NCBI GenBank assembly: GCA_942493285.1
Contig: OW818691.1
Location: 8,030,532 to 8,094,531 of the forward strand
Length of the DNA: 64,000 nucleotides
DNA from: an uncultured Myxococcia bacterium
Lineage (GTDB): Bacteria; Myxococcota_A; UBA9042; PHBI01
Reading direction: 5' to 3'
In this document: in pieces, positions 60,596-64,000 of the stretch
How positions within the stretch are numbered: position 1 is the stretch's first letter
Layout of the letters: every line of letters starts with the position of its first letter
The notes under the pieces: generated by a model
Seen by the model: only the letters and a program-made list of their open reading frames with translations
Told to the model about the DNA's origin: nothing
Databases searched by the model: none
Made by a program: the position numbers and the translations under genes

Positions 60596-61900
60596 ATGGG
60601 CTCGTTCACCTTGCTGCAGGACGGCCGCGTCCACTGCCCGCTCCACTCGCGGACAAACCCCACCGACCCCCCGGAACCCACCGACATCCTCGTCGCGGGT
60701 GGCCGGGTCGTCGCCATGGGGAGGCTTGCCGGCGTCGCGACTGGCCCCCTCAAAGAGCACGTGGAGGTGGTGGCACTCGATGGCCGCGCGGTCATCCCCG
60801 GGCTCGTCGACGCCCACGTCCACCTCGGCGGCGGAGGGGGTGAGGGCGGATTTCGCAGCCGCGTGCCACGCGTCGACCTGGCCGGGCTCGTCCGTCACGG
60901 CGTGACCTCGGTGGTCGGTGTGCTCGGCACCGATGGCGCCACCCGCACCATGCGTGACCTCGTCGCCTGCGCCTACGCCCTGCGCGAAGAAGGCCTCTCG
61001 GCCTGGTGCTACACGGGCAACTACCACGTCCCGGTCAAGACGCTGACGGGCTCCGTCAAAGACGACATCGTCTTCGTCGACCCGATCATCGGCGTCGGTG
61101 AGCTCGCCATCTCGGACCACCGCAGCTCGCAGCCGACCTTCGAAGAGGTCGTGCGCATCGCTTCGGAGGCCTACGTCGGCGGCCTCACGGCCGACAAGGC
61201 CGGGATCATGCACCTGCACCTGGGCGATGGTGTTCGCGGGCTCGAGCTCATCACGCGCGCACTCGCCGAGACCGAGCTCCCCGCTCGCATCTGGCAGCCG
61301 ACCCACCTCAATCGCAACCCGCGACTCTGGGACGAAGCCAAGTCGCTCGCTCGACGCGCCGACCCGCCGCGCTTCGACGTCACGGCCTTCCCGCCGGACG
61401 ACGACCCGTCGACGCTCATGGCCGGTGCCGCCGTGCTCGACTGGATCGCGTGTGGTCTTCCTTATGAGAGGCTGAGCGTCAGCTCCGATGGCGGGGGATG
61501 CCTGCCGGTCTTTGCCGACGGGCGCATGGTCGGCATGGGGGTAGGCAGCGCCTCGACCCTGATGGCGACCGTTCGCGACCTGGTGAAGGCGGGGATGCAG
61601 CTCGCGCAGGCCATCGCACCCGTGACGCTCCATCCCGCCGAGGCGCTTGGATTGTCGGCTCGAAAGGGCTGGATCGGCGTCGGCGCGGACGCAGATCTGG
61701 TGGTGCTCGACGGAACCGAGCATCGTGTGTCGCCCTGGCTCGTCATGGCGCGAGGCCGCGTGATGATGGCTGCGGGTGAGCTCACCGCGGCTGGGCTCGG
61801 CACCTTTGGTGGTGACTTGGCCCGACCCCATGCACGAGCGGCCACGCCCTCAGACCTGGAAGTAGCGGCGCCCCCCTCGCCGCCCAAGGAGACTCGATGA
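60596..61900 (+). CDS. iadA: Isoaspartyl (beta-aspartyl) dipeptidase, amidohydrolase superfamily
   Basis: Metal-ligand HxH (VDAHVHL), carboxylated-Lys region, and the length and topology of IadA. It is translationally coupled to cyanophycinase. Confidence 0.75.
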   Translation: MGSFTLLQDGRVHCPLHSRTNPTDPPEPTDILVAGGRVVAMGRLAGVATGPLKEHVEVVALDGRAVIPGLVDAHVHLGGGGGEGGFRSRVPRVDLAGLVRHGVTSVVGVLGTDGATRTMRDLVACAYALREEGLSAWCYTGNYHVPVKTLTGSVKDDIVFVDPIIGVGELAISDHRSSQPTFEEVVRIASEAYVGGLTADKAGIMHLHLGDGVRGLELITRALAETELPARIWQPTHLNRNPRLWDEAKSLARRADPPRFDVTAFPPDDDPSTLMAGAAVLDWIACGLPYERLSVSSDGGGCLPVFADGRMVGMGVGSASTLMATVRDLVKAGMQLAQAIAPVTLHPAEALGLSARKGWIGVGADADLVVLDGTEHRVSPWLVMARGRVMMAAGELTAAGLGTFGGDLARPHARAATPSDLEVAAPPSPPKETR

Positions 61901-62721
61901 GTCCGTCAAAGATCGATGGTGACGCCGAACGCGGCTATATCGTGCCCGTCGGCGGCGCCGAAGAGAAGATCCAGGACCCGCGAATCCTGAAACGTTTCGT
62001 AGAGTTGGCCGGCGGCGATCTGGCGCGGATCGCGGTCATCCCCACGGCGTCCGAGCTCAGCGACACGGGCCCACGCTACGTCCAGCTCTTCCGCGAGCTG
62101 GGCGCCGCGGCGTCCGTCGCGCTCCCCTTCTTCGAGCGCCACGACGCCGACCGTGTGGACCTGCTCGACCAGCTCGAGCGCGCGTCGGGTGTCTTCTTCA
62201 CCGGCGGCAACCAGCTCCGGATCGCGACCGTGCTGGGCGGGACGCCCGTTGCCCGCATCGTACGGCGCCTCAACGCGGCCGGGGCCATCGTCGGCGGTAC
62301 GTCGGCCGGCGCGGCGATCCTGCCCGAGCACATGATCGCCCATGGCGCCAGCGGGGCCACGCCGAGCGCCGGGATGTGCCAGCTCAGCCCCGGTCTCGGC
62401 TTGACGAACCGGGTCGTGGTCGACCAGCACTTCCGCCAGCGCGACCGCCTCGGCCGGCTGCTCACGGCCCTGGCCTACAACCCGTTCGCGATCGGGCTTG
62501 GCCTCGACGAGGACACCGGGGCCTTCATCGACCCCGAGAACGTGATGCACGTCATCGGCTCGGGCGCGGTCACAGTGGTCGACGTCTCGCGGCTCGGACA
62601 CTCCTCGATCGCCGAAGCCAACGCTGGCGAACCCATCTGCATGACGAACATCCGGATTCACATACTAACACATGGTGCCCGCTTCGACCTGCACCTGCGC
62701 GAAGCCCATCCGCCCGGATGA
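61897..62721 (+). CDS. cphB: Cyanophycinase (peptidase S51)
   Basis: S51 Ser nucleophile context IVGGTSAGAAIL and a conserved His/Glu region. ATGA overlap with iadA. Confidence 0.8.
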   Translation: MSPSKIDGDAERGYIVPVGGAEEKIQDPRILKRFVELAGGDLARIAVIPTASELSDTGPRYVQLFRELGAAASVALPFFERHDADRVDLLDQLERASGVFFTGGNQLRIATVLGGTPVARIVRRLNAAGAIVGGTSAGAAILPEHMIAHGASGATPSAGMCQLSPGLGLTNRVVVDQHFRQRDRLGRLLTALAYNPFAIGLGLDEDTGAFIDPENVMHVIGSGAVTVVDVSRLGHSSIAEANAGEPICMTNIRIHILTHGARFDLHLREAHPPG

Positions 62722-62870
62722 CCGGGCCCGTGGCGCGCCGATCCCCTTGCTACGGACCAGCCGGTTCAGAAAACCGGAACTTTCCGGGGCAGGTGGTGTC
62801 GACGGCCCCGCGACCGCCGATGCGGTTGCGCCATCCGAACCACTCCAGGACCACGGTCCTGGCCTTCGGG

Positions 62871-62898
62871 CTTGACCATCTCGGGTCGCCGTATATAG
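62871..62898 (+). promoter_or_regulatory. Sigma-70-like promoter (-35 TTGACC, 16-bp spacer, -10 TATAGT) upstream of the gene at 62954
   Basis: Near-consensus hexamers in a locally AT-richer stretch about 55 bp upstream of the ATG, with a GAAAGG SD-like element before the start. Confidence 0.4.
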
Positions 62899-62953
62899 TC
62901 CGGCCTCCCGTGGGGTCGAGGCATCGACACTCCAACCCGCGAAAGGTCACGGC

Positions 62954-64000
62954 ATGCGAACCGGACACATTCTAACGATTCTTGGTATCGCCCTCTATAT
63001 GGTGGGCGCACTGGCCATGCCCTGGCAGAGCTTCGAGCTCGCCGGCGTCTCTGCGACGAGCATCGAGGTGTCTGTCCTCGGGCAGGTCGCCGTCGCCATC
63101 GCCGGGCTCATCGCTCTGTCGAGCGCCTTTGGTCTGCTGTCGGGGCGGCGCGAGCTCACCGCACAGATCAACATCGGGCTTCTCGGCGTGATGTTCGTGT
63201 GGGTCGTCTACGCCAGCGCCAACTCGAGCTACGCGTACCAGCTCATGCAGTACGAAGAGGTCTCGATGTCGACGGGCTACCTGCTCGGCGTCTGGGGCGC
63301 GGTCATCGGCATCATGGGCACCCTGCTCACACTGACGACGCTGCCGGCCTGGGATGCGAGCTCGCCATTCCTGCGTGTCCTCACGATGCACAAGAACCGC
63401 GTCGTCGGGGATCGTATCCTTTATGAGCCCGGTCTGTTCTCGGTGGCCGAACACCACGGCAAGGGCGTCAACGACCCCACCACCGTCAGCATGCTCCCGC
63501 ACTTCCGCGTCACGCCCGAAGGCGACTGCGCCATCGGGTTCAACACGACGGTCGCTGGCAAGCCCGGCCGCCTCTCGTACGCAGCCAAGACGAAGACCAT
63601 CTCCGAGGTTGCCACCCGCGGCAGCAAGAGCGGTGGCGTCGCCTTCACGAGCTTCCCCTTTGGCGAGCGTGGCACGGTCGACCTCGGTGACACCCAGGTC
63701 ATGTTCCACTTCGTCGCCCCGGTGCCCGGCCACAGCCCGGCCCCTCTCCTCCAGAAGACGGAAGTCGGCGCCTTCGCGATGCTCTCGGGCGTCGTGATGG
63801 TTGGCCTGGCGCTGTTCCCCGTCCTCGGCTGGAGCGTCGACATCAAACGCACGCCCGTCTGCGAAGGCGGCAAGTGCGGCGGTGCCGTGGCCGAGGCTCA
63901 GAAGGAAGAGAAGATCGAGGTGGCCGAGGTCATCCCCGAGCCCGAAGCCGAAGTCGAGATGGAAGAAGACGTCTCGAAGAAGGCCGGCGGCGAAGAGGGC
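62954..64000 (+). CDS. Membrane protein, 3'-partial (runs off window end); N-terminal TM helices, C-terminal Glu-rich tail
   Basis: Open frame from ATG 62954 to the window end with strong GC3 bias. It is not in the ORF track because it has no stop. The antisense ORFs 62972..63733 and 63421..63873 are judged spurious. Confidence 0.55.
   Translation, partial: MRTGHILTILGIALYMVGALAMPWQSFELAGVSATSIEVSVLGQVAVAIAGLIALSSAFGLLSGRRELTAQINIGLLGVMFVWVVYASANSSYAYQLMQYEEVSMSTGYLLGVWGAVIGIMGTLLTLTTLPAWDASSPFLRVLTMHKNRVVGDRILYEPGLFSVAEHHGKGVNDPTTVSMLPHFRVTPEGDCAIGFNTTVAGKPGRLSYAAKTKTISEVATRGSKSGGVAFTSFPFGERGTVDLGDTQVMFHFVAPVPGHSPAPLLQKTEVGAFAMLSGVVMVGLALFPVLGWSVDIKRTPVCEGGKCGGAVAEAQKEEKIEVAEVIPEPEAEVEMEEDVSKKAGGEEG

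Noticed and set aside
62972-63873. Two minus-strand ORFs (253 and 150 aa) near the window end
   Set aside because: The plus-strand frame from 62954 is open to the window end with strong GC3 bias and TM-helix periodicity, and has a good promoter and SD. The minus ORFs are antisense artefacts.

Overview
This is a 64-kb chromosomal segment at roughly 70% GC with strong GC3 bias. The many lipobox lipoproteins, a CxxRDENCDG putative metal-binding motif, sigma-54 enhancer-binding proteins and translationally coupled ATGA overlaps suggest Myxococcota, but this is inference only. I support about 46 protein-coding genes and found no rRNA, tRNA, CRISPR array, integrase or transposase. Housekeeping anchors are carA-carB, rsmB, miaE and a sigma-54 NtrC-type regulator with a PAS histidine kinase. 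Accessory highlights, each detailed in the findings:
- A divergent 13-kb cluster (about 4.6-17.6 kb) around a LanB-like dehydratase homologue that keeps the glutamylation domain but only the first ~55 residues of the elimination domain. It sits with a STAND NTPase regulator, an S33 hydrolase lipoprotein, an unknown basic protein, and a coupled methyltransferase, flavin monooxygenase, Rieske oxygenase, MarR, GNAT and repeat-bearing cupin. This is the best candidate for an undescribed RiPP/PEARL-like pathway; no precursor peptide was identified.
- An operon of a long flotillin (SPFH) plus a 1863-aa MoxR/AAA_5-type ATPase, with a divergent NfeD/YqiJ-like gene.
- A carA-carB-sbtA-sbtB operon that links a SbtA/SbtB-type bicarbonate transporter pair to carbamoyl-phosphate synthetase.
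- A candidate sigma-54-dependent small RNA or leader (promoter, two stem-loops, T9 intrinsic terminator) upstream of a VKOR-thioredoxin fusion gene.
- An iadA-cphB cyanophycin-degradation pair preceded by an intergenic region carrying three GCACTAGTGC palindromes.
- Recently homogenised in-frame tandem repeats in a secreted collagen-like protein (60 bp x 9) and in a cupin protein (18 bp x ~9).
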